From a virus (taxonomy: Duplodnaviria > Caudoviricetes), in the IMG/VR virus record IMGVR_UViG_3300037485_001761, positions 1 through 63,612 of that record: a DNA stretch of 63,612 nt. One strand, written 5' to 3'. This document shows positions 20,901 to 29,033 of this stretch, one piece after another. A program made the translations under genes and the position numbers. The notes under the pieces are model-generated. The model searched no databases. It was not told where the DNA came from and saw only the letters and a list, made by a program, of their open reading frames with translations. The stretch's first letter is position 1, and every line of letters starts with the position of its first letter.

Positions 20901-23900
20901 ATTCACCAAGAAGTCCTCGGCGTTCCATTGAACCGGGAATGGTTTCTCGCAAATATCGCAACTCCCCTCAACGATTTCAATTCAGGACGAGCGGTAGAAA
21001 AGCTGTTACTCGATGTTAAATCCTATTCCAAACATGTGGAGACAGCGAGAGAAGGTAAAGGTAATCCAAGCACCGCATACCTCGACAGCCTTAATTCAGA
21101 GATGAGAGATTACGAGATAGTCAAGAAAACGAATCTCTCGGTAGGAAATGACTTTTCCGAACTCCAAGGATACGAGAGACTCGCTTCCCATCGAATGACT
21201 AAAGAATTTGGCGGGCTCATTAAAGAAGCCGAAACTAAAATAAAGGGCAAATGGGGCTTGTCCGGTTTCTCGGAGATAGCAGGAAAGTTAACGGGCTCCC
21301 GCGGATTAGCCGGGCTCTATGATGTGATGTACTTGCAAGGCAGGGATGGAGTCGCCTCGCTTACCGATGTAGGCAGGCTAACCAAGAACATCTTTACCAG
21401 TGACTCCCGGTTCGCAGAGTACAAGAAACTGTTTGAAGATTATAAAACCCACGGCAATCCTGAGAAACTTGAAAAGTTTGTCGAAGTCGCGATGCAAGCG
21501 TCTGGCATTGAAGGAGCGAAGATAGCTCAACTCAAGACAAAGAACTTCGTCAATCACTTCATTAACTATTTCTCCGACCCCATCTTGTGGGCAAGCCACA
21601 TCGACCAGGCAATGTGGCGCGAAGGTTTCGAGTACATTAGCTACGCCAACAAAGCTCGGGCTAAATCTTGGGATATTCATGAAGAAGTTATCGCGGCGCA
21701 CAATGAAGCGTACAAACATAAAGACGTGAATCTCCAACCGAGAAAATGGAGAGAGGATTACGTCACGACCAAGAAAGAAAACAACACGGCACTTACGGAC
21801 ACCCATGACTCTATCTATCTGACAGAAGATTTAAGCAGACGCTTTGGCTCTAGCTTAAAAGGACAGCTCGATAAAGCAAATGAGATAGGCGTTGAACAAC
21901 TCATGCACCCCGCTCGTGGATTGATTCAGGATCTCCAAGCAATGGTCAGAGATTCTCACACCGCTCACTCCAAATCCTACTTGCAGGAGCACGGAGTTCT
22001 TCTTCAAGCGCTAGGCTACACCGCAGAATCCAAGGCGATAGCAGAAGCGATAAAGAGGGAAACCCCCGCCGCGATTGGTGAGATAAGGAGAAACTTGTCC
22101 AAGGTAAACACCTATAACTTTCTCCAGAATGTGGATGCGCTAGGGGCCGCTCCGATCATCAACACAATTTTTAAATCTCTCGGCTACTATTTACCGCAAA
22201 TCTTGTTAAGCCATCCTGCAAGTATTATCAAGAATGTTATCCAGCAAGGATTGCGCCAAGCCTCCTTCACCAAAGGTGGAGTAGCGGCTATCCCTCAATT
22301 CTATTGGAGTACCCTCCGAGGATTTCTTTCTGACTCATACATGCCAATGGCGTCGTATATTACTCCAGCGTCCCATAAGGCGGTTAACCGAGTCGGTAAA
22401 TTACTCACAGATAATGTGAAACGGTCAGAAGTTAAATTCATTGACCAGATGTCCCAGATTACCGACAAGGCAGGAAGTAGAAAAGACGTAGCAGGAAAAG
22501 TGGTTGAGGCCCTCACGGGAATAACACCAAAGAACGCGATGTCTCCGATAGCGCGGGGGGCAAGATTCCTGGAACGGGTTGTCGACACCTCGGCAGAAGG
22601 AGCTACCGGATTACTGAAAGAACGGGTTGAAGCGAAGATGTCCAAAGCTTCACTGGCTCGGGGAGCTTATGTTTTCGAGAAAGCACTCGCTGTGTACCAG
22701 AAAGAAGGCATCCAAGGAATGTACGAGTACTTGAAACCGCAGATGGGCACGAAGACAAACACGCATGTGTGGAATCTCGCTCAAACAGTAGACAGGATAA
22801 CGAAAGAAGGCGGCGACCCTTTCGCCCATGCCATTGATGACTTTATCCTTATGTACCACGACAACGCAGTCGGTAGATTCGGGCCACGGAACTCTCCCCT
22901 CATCCTCACCAAGCTAGGGGCTAGCACTCTTATGCCCATGGGGACACGGTTCTTCAGTGCAAAGACAAATGACTTGTACCGCATGGGCATGACAGGCCGA
23001 GAACTACATAGCGCTGCGGGAAAGCTAAGTGCCGGTCATAAAATTCCTCCCGCTATCGGAGGGCGCATCCTCTGGTCAATGATGACCGCAAGCGGCATTG
23101 GGCTGACGACGTGGGGTTTGTACGAAGGAGTGGAAAGTATCCTTGGAACTAGTACCCAAGACAGAAGCGATATGGAGCAAGAGACAGCGCTTCGAAGGAT
23201 GTATCGTCACGGGACAGGGATTGACATCACCGGGACAGCCCCCATAGATGTGAAGTTCTATAAGGATTTGGGAAGTAAAATATACCAAGGAGACTTAATG
23301 GGAGCAGGCGGGATTGCGGCGACTGCCTTTATTGACTCTAGCCGTCAAAGAGGAATTCCCTTTGCGGGGCCTGAATTAATGGAAGTGTGGAATTCCCTGA
23401 AGACACTCAATGAGACAACGGGGGATAAGATTCCCATCCTTGACCGGATTACGTCCAACCTTGATAGGATGACGGCAGAGTTGAACAAGTTGAATCAAGA
23501 GAGGGCACAAATTGCTCAGACTCCGGAAGGCTACAGCAAAGAACACGTTGCGGGGATAGACACTCGGATAGAGAAACTTATCGAAGATGTGTCCGTCACT
23601 AAAGCAAAATATGAAAAGTCGATGTACGCTGGGATAGCCGATCACATACTAAATAACTTCCCTGCCACGGCCTGGCTCGCTCACGGCTTCCATCCATTTA
23701 CTGTAGCAACGAGCTACCTCGATGCCCAGGCTAATGAACAACTCAACCGAGATAAATGGGAAGCGTTAGCCGAAGACGGAAAGGTCGGGCCACTAGGATT
23801 AATACAACAGTTCATGGGGATGACTGCTCAGGGAGACAGGAATATTCAGGTATCCCAAGCATTCTACTCACGGTATTACCAGCCCATGGTCGAGCACGGC

Positions 23901-24155
23901 TTATTGTCTGCCAAGCAAGCGGATACCTACGCAAAACAAGCGTACCAATATGACGCCATGTTGACAGAGTTAGACGCTGACTTGAATCTTTTGATACAAT
24001 CAGAAATGGTACCAGGGAAGAAGCCATTGGAAAAGATTAAGAACAAAGTAGCTCCGACTATGCGGATACCAGCTCCCGAAATATTCTACCGAGAACTTTC
24101 TCCTGAAGAGAAGGTTATCCAGCAAAACTCTATTTTACCCAGAGGAGGTAAGTGA
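17910..24155 (+). CDS. Giant (2081 aa) internal virion/ejection protein
   Basis: Size, helical composition, Gly-rich hydrophobic stretches; last gene of virion block; no catalytic motif recognised. Confidence 0.55.
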   Translation: MATEEEVDTEETGADENYQYAPPKPVVDDEALAIAKAELAQEAQPAQEQPAPAPVVATPKAPPIQRKGEVTAVELDPEESAILDKISEMASRKPLSFKELGDAIKGKPYADQQKIIEENEAIRVGEAQTPDFMAEVMGKLGTLAKDTAHTVFPTLVDPATAEENKQYYKPIFGRKSTPISQWYDPKTKRIPANKLEEFLAYEHAGLTPEKKEFVTSRVLSAVSDIPPEEIIKGRVLGNSSSSIAKLAQTMDALLFQEAGSKYAAYGINKFLREKPKMPPEFFSPEVKNYIKDNLHNGGSVGTNLFELQIPTDAKNADEAMKEMWNTYAGAARDMYFEVGKNKLAANAGVPLLFVGSRGIGALANPLTTIAARRGVKFGGQLIASFVEGGLMASPTEAEGKTWTSTLAAGALGAGFHAVGEGVAKVFSSKAGVDVDASPRQNRELQKERQVAEAFPNAKTEHLMQVARGEVDIPNVLESDKPALRQKAGEMAKGQVIKDVVGDVPISPETMEVVLNQGVRDKRVQEQLDHMMAITDGVTPQQKMTDTAFKKTMAQMPKETAELMQGLRDSADYKLALESPERMQELLRSKGLEHAYSPFDYELQKTVANKPSMYRQYLIESAKILTDNLDETKLTRYDLGKSSSRTIRNLIEMSDNPVDFNTSVGTWRDLSTDLADKVVKMSDTASYLKKIDDPRIQFVREHIDEAVANNRQIDRGYVIQELKKIGEDTGQTGLTGRMTSQVMAYNNILNKMGEVKQDIQNSVSKTNNVNVARETANKRVLPHENLIKSAGSYDDPVAVAARFNEHINPAMQNPKIPAEVRAATDNFIKQSSINVAAGAQIPKAFVDGFKLEVEKAKGVVGINSLRDLAGAVEHWNKEIGHIDSLKETLGQSFDSPSSLSKLIPAFQQASKDVISPVNLERLDTYHSYLSSVWTQALEGTGLPDKTKLQLFSYLFGGTEVKLKAEADPGNMIRTQEHAQNVLDALTSNSREVLDTLNNIHQEVLGVPLNREWFLANIATPLNDFNSGRAVEKLLLDVKSYSKHVETAREGKGNPSTAYLDSLNSEMRDYEIVKKTNLSVGNDFSELQGYERLASHRMTKEFGGLIKEAETKIKGKWGLSGFSEIAGKLTGSRGLAGLYDVMYLQGRDGVASLTDVGRLTKNIFTSDSRFAEYKKLFEDYKTHGNPEKLEKFVEVAMQASGIEGAKIAQLKTKNFVNHFINYFSDPILWASHIDQAMWREGFEYISYANKARAKSWDIHEEVIAAHNEAYKHKDVNLQPRKWREDYVTTKKENNTALTDTHDSIYLTEDLSRRFGSSLKGQLDKANEIGVEQLMHPARGLIQDLQAMVRDSHTAHSKSYLQEHGVLLQALGYTAESKAIAEAIKRETPAAIGEIRRNLSKVNTYNFLQNVDALGAAPIINTIFKSLGYYLPQILLSHPASIIKNVIQQGLRQASFTKGGVAAIPQFYWSTLRGFLSDSYMPMASYITPASHKAVNRVGKLLTDNVKRSEVKFIDQMSQITDKAGSRKDVAGKVVEALTGITPKNAMSPIARGARFLERVVDTSAEGATGLLKERVEAKMSKASLARGAYVFEKALAVYQKEGIQGMYEYLKPQMGTKTNTHVWNLAQTVDRITKEGGDPFAHAIDDFILMYHDNAVGRFGPRNSPLILTKLGASTLMPMGTRFFSAKTNDLYRMGMTGRELHSAAGKLSAGHKIPPAIGGRILWSMMTASGIGLTTWGLYEGVESILGTSTQDRSDMEQETALRRMYRHGTGIDITGTAPIDVKFYKDLGSKIYQGDLMGAGGIAATAFIDSSRQRGIPFAGPELMEVWNSLKTLNETTGDKIPILDRITSNLDRMTAELNKLNQERAQIAQTPEGYSKEHVAGIDTRIEKLIEDVSVTKAKYEKSMYAGIADHILNNFPATAWLAHGFHPFTVATSYLDAQANEQLNRDKWEALAEDGKVGPLGLIQQFMGMTAQGDRNIQVSQAFYSRYYQPMVEHGLLSAKQADTYAKQAYQYDAMLTELDADLNLLIQSEMVPGKKPLEKIKNKVAPTMRIPAPEIFYRELSPEEKVIQQNSILPRGGK

Positions 24156-24217
24156 TGACTTATTCACGGCAAGAGTTTACCAAAGAAGTTAATCCACCAA
24201 CACCCGAAGGAGAATAA
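24155..24217 (+). CDS. Putative 20-aa coupling minigene (MTYSRQEFTKEVNPPTPEGE)
   Basis: ATG overlaps upstream TGA (TGATG); its TAA abuts the endolysin ATG; fills the whole gap. Confidence 0.4.
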   Translation: MTYSRQEFTKEVNPPTPEGE

Positions 24218-25483
24218 ATGGACAAGCCATCGTCAAAGTTCCTGGAATACGTCAAAGTTCTTAAAAATTGTGAGCTAGAGTTTCCCGCGTTAAAAGTGGC
24301 AATTTTGGCACAATCGATCATGGAGTGTGGCGTCGGTGTCACCAAATTATTTCAAGATCACAATAACCCACGCGGTGTTCATTACTATGATTTCCTGAAA
24401 AAGTACGCGGTTGGCGTTGATTATGTAACCGATACTGAACCTGATGGCCATGGGGTATTTTGCAAGTTCTTTACGTTGGATGACGCGGCTAAATCATACT
24501 TTTTATGGTTCGATTATTGGCCACATTATGGCGATTGGCGCGTTTATGCACGCAAGACGCCAACAGACTTTTTGGCTTGGATTGGGCCTCATTACTGCCC
24601 TCCTGGTTATACTGCGAGTTGGGCAAGTCAGCATGGTGGCCTCAATTACCACCAATATATCATGCAAAATTTGTATCCCGAAGCAGAGAAATTGCTAGCA
24701 GCGGCGCAGACAACTCCAACAAATAAGTCCTACCGTGGCGAGCTTGACCCGACGACGATGAACTTCCGAATCATTGAAGAGCCGGGCTCCGTGGTTTATG
24801 CCACCGTGAAAACGGAACAAGGAAGAAATCTCCATCTCCTCGCAGGAATTAAAGCAGCCCTTGACCTTGGGGCCTATCGAACTCTTATCGTTAACTGGGA
24901 CAAGGCAACTCCTCCAATTCCTCCCGTCGAGCCTCCCAAACCCCCGAGCAAAGTTAAAACGATCTACGTCGAACCCGGCCATAGCAAATCGGTACAAGGC
25001 GCTCAAAGCCTAGGCGCTGTTAACGAATATGAGATGAATGAACTCGCTGCAAAAATTATGATCGAAATGATTGAGGCATCAGGCCATAAGACGAAGACAC
25101 TGAATCCTGACCCCGACAATTTAGACACAGTTGGCAACGGGGCTAAAGGATGCGATGCCGCATTTTCAATTCATCACAATGCGTATGACAAAAAAGAGCA
25201 TTATTTCCGCTGTTATTTCGCGAAAACTCCCAAAGCATCCTCGGTTTCCCTTGGTAATAAAATAGCCATTGCGGTAGCCAGTGAGCTTAAGCTGCCTGAA
25301 GTAAACAACGAGAATTCTGGATTCACTGTACCGAATATCTTTAATGGAGTTTGTAGCGGCCCTTCAATGCTGTTAGAGTTATACTTTATCGACGCCTATA
25401 AAGACCGAGCAGTTATCGTCGACCGAACTACAAGAGCCGCGAAAGCCGTAGCACAGGAGATTATTAAATGGGCCAATTCATGA
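24218..25483 (+). CDS. Endolysin: N-terminal glucosaminidase (GH73-like) plus C-terminal Amidase_3 domain
   Basis: AILAQSIMECG..HNNP.G in N-terminus; IYVEPGH, E, FSIHHNA, LLELYFID Zn-amidase motifs; Pro-rich linker. Confidence 0.85.
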   Translation: MDKPSSKFLEYVKVLKNCELEFPALKVAILAQSIMECGVGVTKLFQDHNNPRGVHYYDFLKKYAVGVDYVTDTEPDGHGVFCKFFTLDDAAKSYFLWFDYWPHYGDWRVYARKTPTDFLAWIGPHYCPPGYTASWASQHGGLNYHQYIMQNLYPEAEKLLAAAQTTPTNKSYRGELDPTTMNFRIIEEPGSVVYATVKTEQGRNLHLLAGIKAALDLGAYRTLIVNWDKATPPIPPVEPPKPPSKVKTIYVEPGHSKSVQGAQSLGAVNEYEMNELAAKIMIEMIEASGHKTKTLNPDPDNLDTVGNGAKGCDAAFSIHHNAYDKKEHYFRCYFAKTPKASSVSLGNKIAIAVASELKLPEVNNENSGFTVPNIFNGVCSGPSMLLELYFIDAYKDRAVIVDRTTRAAKAVAQEIIKWANS

Positions 25484-25797
25484 AGCATAAACCGTTGAGA
25501 GATAAGCTTACTACCGAAGGTGGTGGTAGAGCGTACCATATGGTTTCAAGTAAAATAGCGAAAGATTCTTCGGGAAATCCTCAAGTAGTCACTGTGGAAA
25601 GAGAGAAGATGATGGAAAAGCTCGGAAGAAATCCCGGAAGAGATATTGTAGCTATGCATAAAACGGGAGGCTCCCACTTCAATCCGAAGGGCGACCCTTT
25701 TAAAATGGGCACGAGAGCCGAAAATACGAGTGACTCAAACAAGGCTAGAGCGAAGAAGTTTAAAGATAAATTCAAGACGGATAAGGCTAAGAGTTAG
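25468..25797 (+). CDS. Small basic HNH-endonuclease-like protein (degenerate)
   Basis: R..ME.KLGR....IVAMH....GTRAENTSD resembles the HNH_3 pattern; likely start MKHK at 25480. Confidence 0.45.
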   Translation: MGQFMKHKPLRDKLTTEGGGRAYHMVSSKIAKDSSGNPQVVTVEREKMMEKLGRNPGRDIVAMHKTGGSHFNPKGDPFKMGTRAENTSDSNKARAKKFKDKFKTDKAKS

Positions 25798-26050
25798 CTC
25801 GGGAATGGAGATACTGATTCAAGGGGCGTGGAGATTTTGAAGCGTCCCACTCACTTTCAGCGGGTTTAACCAATCCATGTTTCGGGTGAAGCACGGCTCG
25901 GTTCTTCTGAAAACAGGATTTGCAGACCGTTAGAAAATTCTTAGGGCTCGGAGTTTTAGTGGTTTTATTCCGCAATATTCCTTGCATCGGTTCCACCGTT
26001 TCCTGGCAAAAGTAGCAAGCTTCCGCGTATCTGTTTGGTCGGTTTATCAT
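25787..26050 (-). CDS. Small Zn-finger protein translationally coupled to Ro60
   Basis: CYFC and CKSC pairs; ATGA overlap with the TROVE stop codon. Confidence 0.7.
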   Translation of the reverse strand: MINRPNRYAEACYFCQETVEPMQGILRNKTTKTPSPKNFLTVCKSCFQKNRAVLHPKHGLVKPAESEWDASKSPRPLNQYLHSRANS

Positions 26051-27615
26051 GAATTAATAAACTCCGTAAAGATAGCCGGGGACGCCGTATCAAAGCCCAC
26101 TAAATCCATTCCATGAACATCTTCAGGATCGTTAATCGTAAACTCCGTCGCCGTCATACCCCACACGGCTAACTTTACCTTCGGATTGTTGGCAAAATTC
26201 CGGTAAGCGTTTAACGCGGCAGTAGGATGCTCTCCACTGTTAGTCTCGTTATCGGTGAACACGGCAAACGCATCAATGTTCTTCACGTTCCTCTTTATCG
26301 CGTGGTTAAACGGAATGGAACAATCTGTTCGGTCAAACGGGAGGTTCGAAATAGTCTTTATCACCTGGCTCATATCCATCCCAGCATGAATCCGCAACGG
26401 GATAAACCCCCCACTGAAGCCCCAGAATTCGTGAGACTGGCACGACCTAGCAACCACCATGGCCATAATTGCGGAGGCCTCACGAGGAGTAATCCTCATC
26501 CCTCCACAGGAGTCGGAGGCCATCGACCCGGACACGTCCAACGCTAACAGCACATTCTTATCCGACTTCTCAATGTTGCCGAAGGAGGCGTAGAACGCTG
26601 TCATTAAAGCAGAGATAATGGCGGGAGACGGGAGCCAAGATAATGAGCCCTTCTCACCATGTCCTTCCATATAAATTTTCGCCGCATTGTACAGAAACAA
26701 AGGATGGACTTTGCTTCGTTTCACTTCTTCTTCATCCAACAAACGGCTGACTATTTGCCCCGTCCACTTGCTAAAGGGAGCGATAATTCCGAGAGACGTA
26801 AGCCTCCCCAAGTTTCTCACCAACGCCATTAACGGGGTATTGGGCAATAGAGCTTCCCACACTTCTCGAGTCGTTAAATGTTCCGTAGGAATCATTTCCC
26901 ACGTCATCTTGTTGGCAGTGATAACCCGGCAAACCCTGTCCGTGTCCTTCTCCGTCTTCAGCGATTCATAAGCCTCAATCAATGGATGAAGCTTTTCCAG
27001 GGGCTCGGACTTGCCGACAACCCATTTAAGGATGGAATTCTTCGCGGCGTCCCTTGTCCTTGGATGCGACAACCGGAGAACATCTCGATGCGTCCAACCA
27101 TTTCGCTGTCGATATTTAACCACTTGATACGCAATCTTATCGGCATCTTTTTCGGTGTAAAATCGTGCTACGGAATTTCGTAACCCGTGGCCCCATTTCT
27201 GCACATAGTCTACAAACTCGAAAAGAAACGTCGAATAGCCACACAACGTCGGGATTACTTTGTACGCTTCTTTCTTGGCTTCCGGTGTCCCGTAAACCAG
27301 GACAAGGGACAAGGCAAACAGGCACGGAGATTTCTTCGGAGCCCGGTTGCTGTTCGCGATTTCTACGATTTCTTGTACCACTCTCACGCCGTCAACGGCG
27401 AGGAGGTCAATAACGACCTTCGCATTCTCTGCGGTCATTTCCTTCGCAGTTGCATAGTAGCTACCGTTCGAAGAACCAAGAATAAGGAATCGCTTTAAGC
27501 TGTCCCAAGGATTTAACTTGAACACATAAGCGCCACAGTTATTGGCAACCATCGGTTTTCCGGGAATGGGAGAAGAAAGATTCGGAGTAAAAAAAGAAAG
27601 ATAAGGATTAGGCAC
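26047..27615 (-). CDS. rsr: Ro60/TROVE-domain RNA-binding protein with vWA domain (Rsr ortholog)
   Basis: RFLILGS..GSYY, KYRQRNGWTHRDVLRLSHP, ALVRNLGRL, MIDAS DVSGSM, FTDNETN, D.VGFD; GTG start with AGGAG RBS. Confidence 0.95.
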   Translation of the reverse strand: MPNPYLSFFTPNLSSPIPGKPMVANNCGAYVFKLNPWDSLKRFLILGSSNGSYYATAKEMTAENAKVVIDLLAVDGVRVVQEIVEIANSNRAPKKSPCLFALSLVLVYGTPEAKKEAYKVIPTLCGYSTFLFEFVDYVQKWGHGLRNSVARFYTEKDADKIAYQVVKYRQRNGWTHRDVLRLSHPRTRDAAKNSILKWVVGKSEPLEKLHPLIEAYESLKTEKDTDRVCRVITANKMTWEMIPTEHLTTREVWEALLPNTPLMALVRNLGRLTSLGIIAPFSKWTGQIVSRLLDEEEVKRSKVHPLFLYNAAKIYMEGHGEKGSLSWLPSPAIISALMTAFYASFGNIEKSDKNVLLALDVSGSMASDSCGGMRITPREASAIMAMVVARSCQSHEFWGFSGGFIPLRIHAGMDMSQVIKTISNLPFDRTDCSIPFNHAIKRNVKNIDAFAVFTDNETNSGEHPTAALNAYRNFANNPKVKLAVWGMTATEFTINDPEDVHGMDLVGFDTASPAIFTEFINS

Positions 27616-27628
27616 AAGAATCTCCTAT

Positions 27629-27705
27629 GGCGGATGAATTATTTCCTCTATCGGTAGAGATTCTCGCTCAAGGCGGGAAATAACGATAAAGGAAGCGACC
27701 CGCGC
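27629..27705 (-). ncRNA. Y RNA-like ncRNA 3 (short, no tRNA module)
   Basis: 5'-GCGGGUCG..UUCAUCCGC-3' terminal stem with bulged C; second stem UUCCUUUAUCG/CGAUAGAGGAA; directly upstream of rsr RBS. Confidence 0.75.
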
Positions 27706-27721
27706 GGGGGTTATAATATTT

Positions 27722-27844
27722 GACCCAGAGAAAAGTTGTCATCCATAATGTTCTACCATTGAACTATTCCCGTTGCCGGGAAGTAGGATTCGAACCTACA
27801 TTCTTCTTATGCAAAAAGATAATGGAAAAACAGCGCCCTGAGTC
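27722..27844 (-). ncRNA. yrlA: YrlA-type Y RNA with circularly permuted tRNA-like domain
   Basis: GACUCAGGG(C)G/UCUCUGGGUC terminal stem; T arm GUAGG-UUCGAAU-CCUAC, then closed acceptor stem UUCCCG-GCAA-CGGGAA, then D arm UA-GUUC-AAUGGUA-GAAC; adjacent to Ro60 gene. Confidence 0.9.
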
Positions 27845-27862
27845 CTCTAAAGTAGGGCGATG

Positions 27863-27931
27863 TGTGCCGATGAATAAATTGCCAATGGGGAGTATTTTCG
27901 TAGAATAACCCATCAACAGTCGACCGACACA
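27863..27931 (-). ncRNA. Y RNA-like ncRNA 1 (short, no tRNA module)
   Basis: 5'-GUGUCGGUCGA..UUCAUCGGCAC-3' stem with bulged C; second stem UGUUGAUGGG/CCCAUUGGCA; starts at predicted TSS. Confidence 0.8.
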
Positions 27932-27936
27932 ACGGG

Positions 27937-27965
27937 GTTGTAACTGAAAACAAATAGGTTGTCAA
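27937..27965 (-). promoter_or_regulatory. Sigma70 promoter of the Y RNA-rsr operon
   Basis: TTGACA(27965-27960)-17 nt-TACAAC(27942-27937); predicted +1 near 27931 matches the 5' end of Y RNA 1. Confidence 0.75.
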
Positions 27966-28220
27966 CTCGTCATATGCAAAAAGAATAGAAATATTTTAAC
28001 CCCCCGATTGCGTTTAGCTTTCATGCATGAAAAAATAAAAGGACTAAACCAGCAAGCGGCGGTGTAGACTGTCGATTCCTTACTAAAATTCGCCCGTCAA
28101 CCTTCTATCGGTTCGGGCCTTTTTCTTTGATAACGCTTTTGACTCCTTCCTTTTCTTTTCCACTGAAAACCGTGGTACGCTCAAAGCAGGAAATAAATCG
28201 CAGTTAAGGAGGTACCCTCT

Positions 28221-28841
28221 ATGACAGAGATTCACTCTGAGTATAACAAGAAGTGGAAGGTTACTAATGCCAATTTATGGCTTTCCCAACGTTATCGAGA
28301 ATGTCCTCTTATTGCCGATGACATTCTTCGCGCTGTCTCTGCGACCACGATAAATCCATATGTAATGTTCACCGTGGGATGTGTCACTTCCCAATGGTAT
28401 AGCCTGCCGAAGTGCGATTATTTCGCCTGTGGGCTCGAGGGAAGCTTGGAAGACCAAATCGTCAATGCCTCGATTGCGTGGCAAGAGAAGCAAGAAATTG
28501 GAGAGCTGAATCTGAACGAAGGGCAACTCAACACCTTTGACATTGTGTGGCGGAACCTGAGTAGGTTTATGGACGCTTTTTTGGATAAACCCCCTGACCC
28601 TCTGCCGAAGCCACCAGAGCCTCCGAAGCCGCCTAAACCTCCTGAGCTACCTCCCACTCTCCCCGAGCCCCCTACGCCGCCGGAAGCACCCAAGGCTCCT
28701 GGGAACTGGAAGAATGCTCTCGGAATCTGGGTGGGCGTGTTGAGCGCGGCAATGGTTGTTGCTAAAATCTTTTTACCTGGCCCTGTATCAGCGGTTCTCG
28801 ATGTGATATTGAAACTTTTGAAAGCTATCGTTGGAAGTTAA
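28221..28841 (+). CDS. Hypothetical protein with Pro-rich linker and C-terminal membrane segments
   Basis: AAGGAGG RBS; PPEPPKPP repeats; hydrophobic C-terminus. Confidence 0.7.
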   Translation: MTEIHSEYNKKWKVTNANLWLSQRYRECPLIADDILRAVSATTINPYVMFTVGCVTSQWYSLPKCDYFACGLEGSLEDQIVNASIAWQEKQEIGELNLNEGQLNTFDIVWRNLSRFMDAFLDKPPDPLPKPPEPPKPPKPPELPPTLPEPPTPPEAPKAPGNWKNALGIWVGVLSAAMVVAKIFLPGPVSAVLDVILKLLKAIVGS

Positions 28842-28868
28842 CCTCAATCTCTTTGAAAGGAGATATTT

Positions 28869-29030
28869 ATGGCAGACGTAGCAAAAGCAGTGGATTTTAA
28901 GTTTGTTGGGTCGACGCTAGTCGTAACAATTGACAGCAATAAAGACGGTGAAGCCCTGTTAACGTTGAATGTTAATCTGGCCGAAATTCCCGATGAAGTT
29001 CTATCCCTTCTCTCAAAAAAACCTGCATAA
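28869..29030 (+). CDS. Small hypothetical protein (53 aa, MADVAKAVDFKFVG...), not in ORF track
   Basis: AAAGGAG RBS, ATG 28869, TAA 29028-29030; fills the gap before ruvC-like gene. Confidence 0.7.
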   Translation: MADVAKAVDFKFVGSTLVVTIDSNKDGEALLTLNVNLAEIPDEVLSLLSKKPA

Positions 29031-29033
29031 GTC

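Noticed and set aside
11297-24027. Numerous short minus-strand ORFs within the virion genes
   Set aside because: Antisense shadows of long plus-strand genes with no RBS or motifs
17910-24155. Virion RNA polymerase or lytic transglycosylase in the giant protein
   Set aside because: No DxDGD/DxDxD, T7-type or transglycosylase motif recognised by eye; remote homology not excluded
27745-27800. Canonical tRNA gene (GGTTCGAATCC and TAGTTCAATGGTAGAAC present)
   Set aside because: T arm precedes D arm, the acceptor stem is loop-closed, and there is no anticodon loop or CCA; it fits YrlA instead
27720-27908. 62-aa plus-strand ORF
   Set aside because: Antisense shadow of the Y RNAs, TTG start, no RBS
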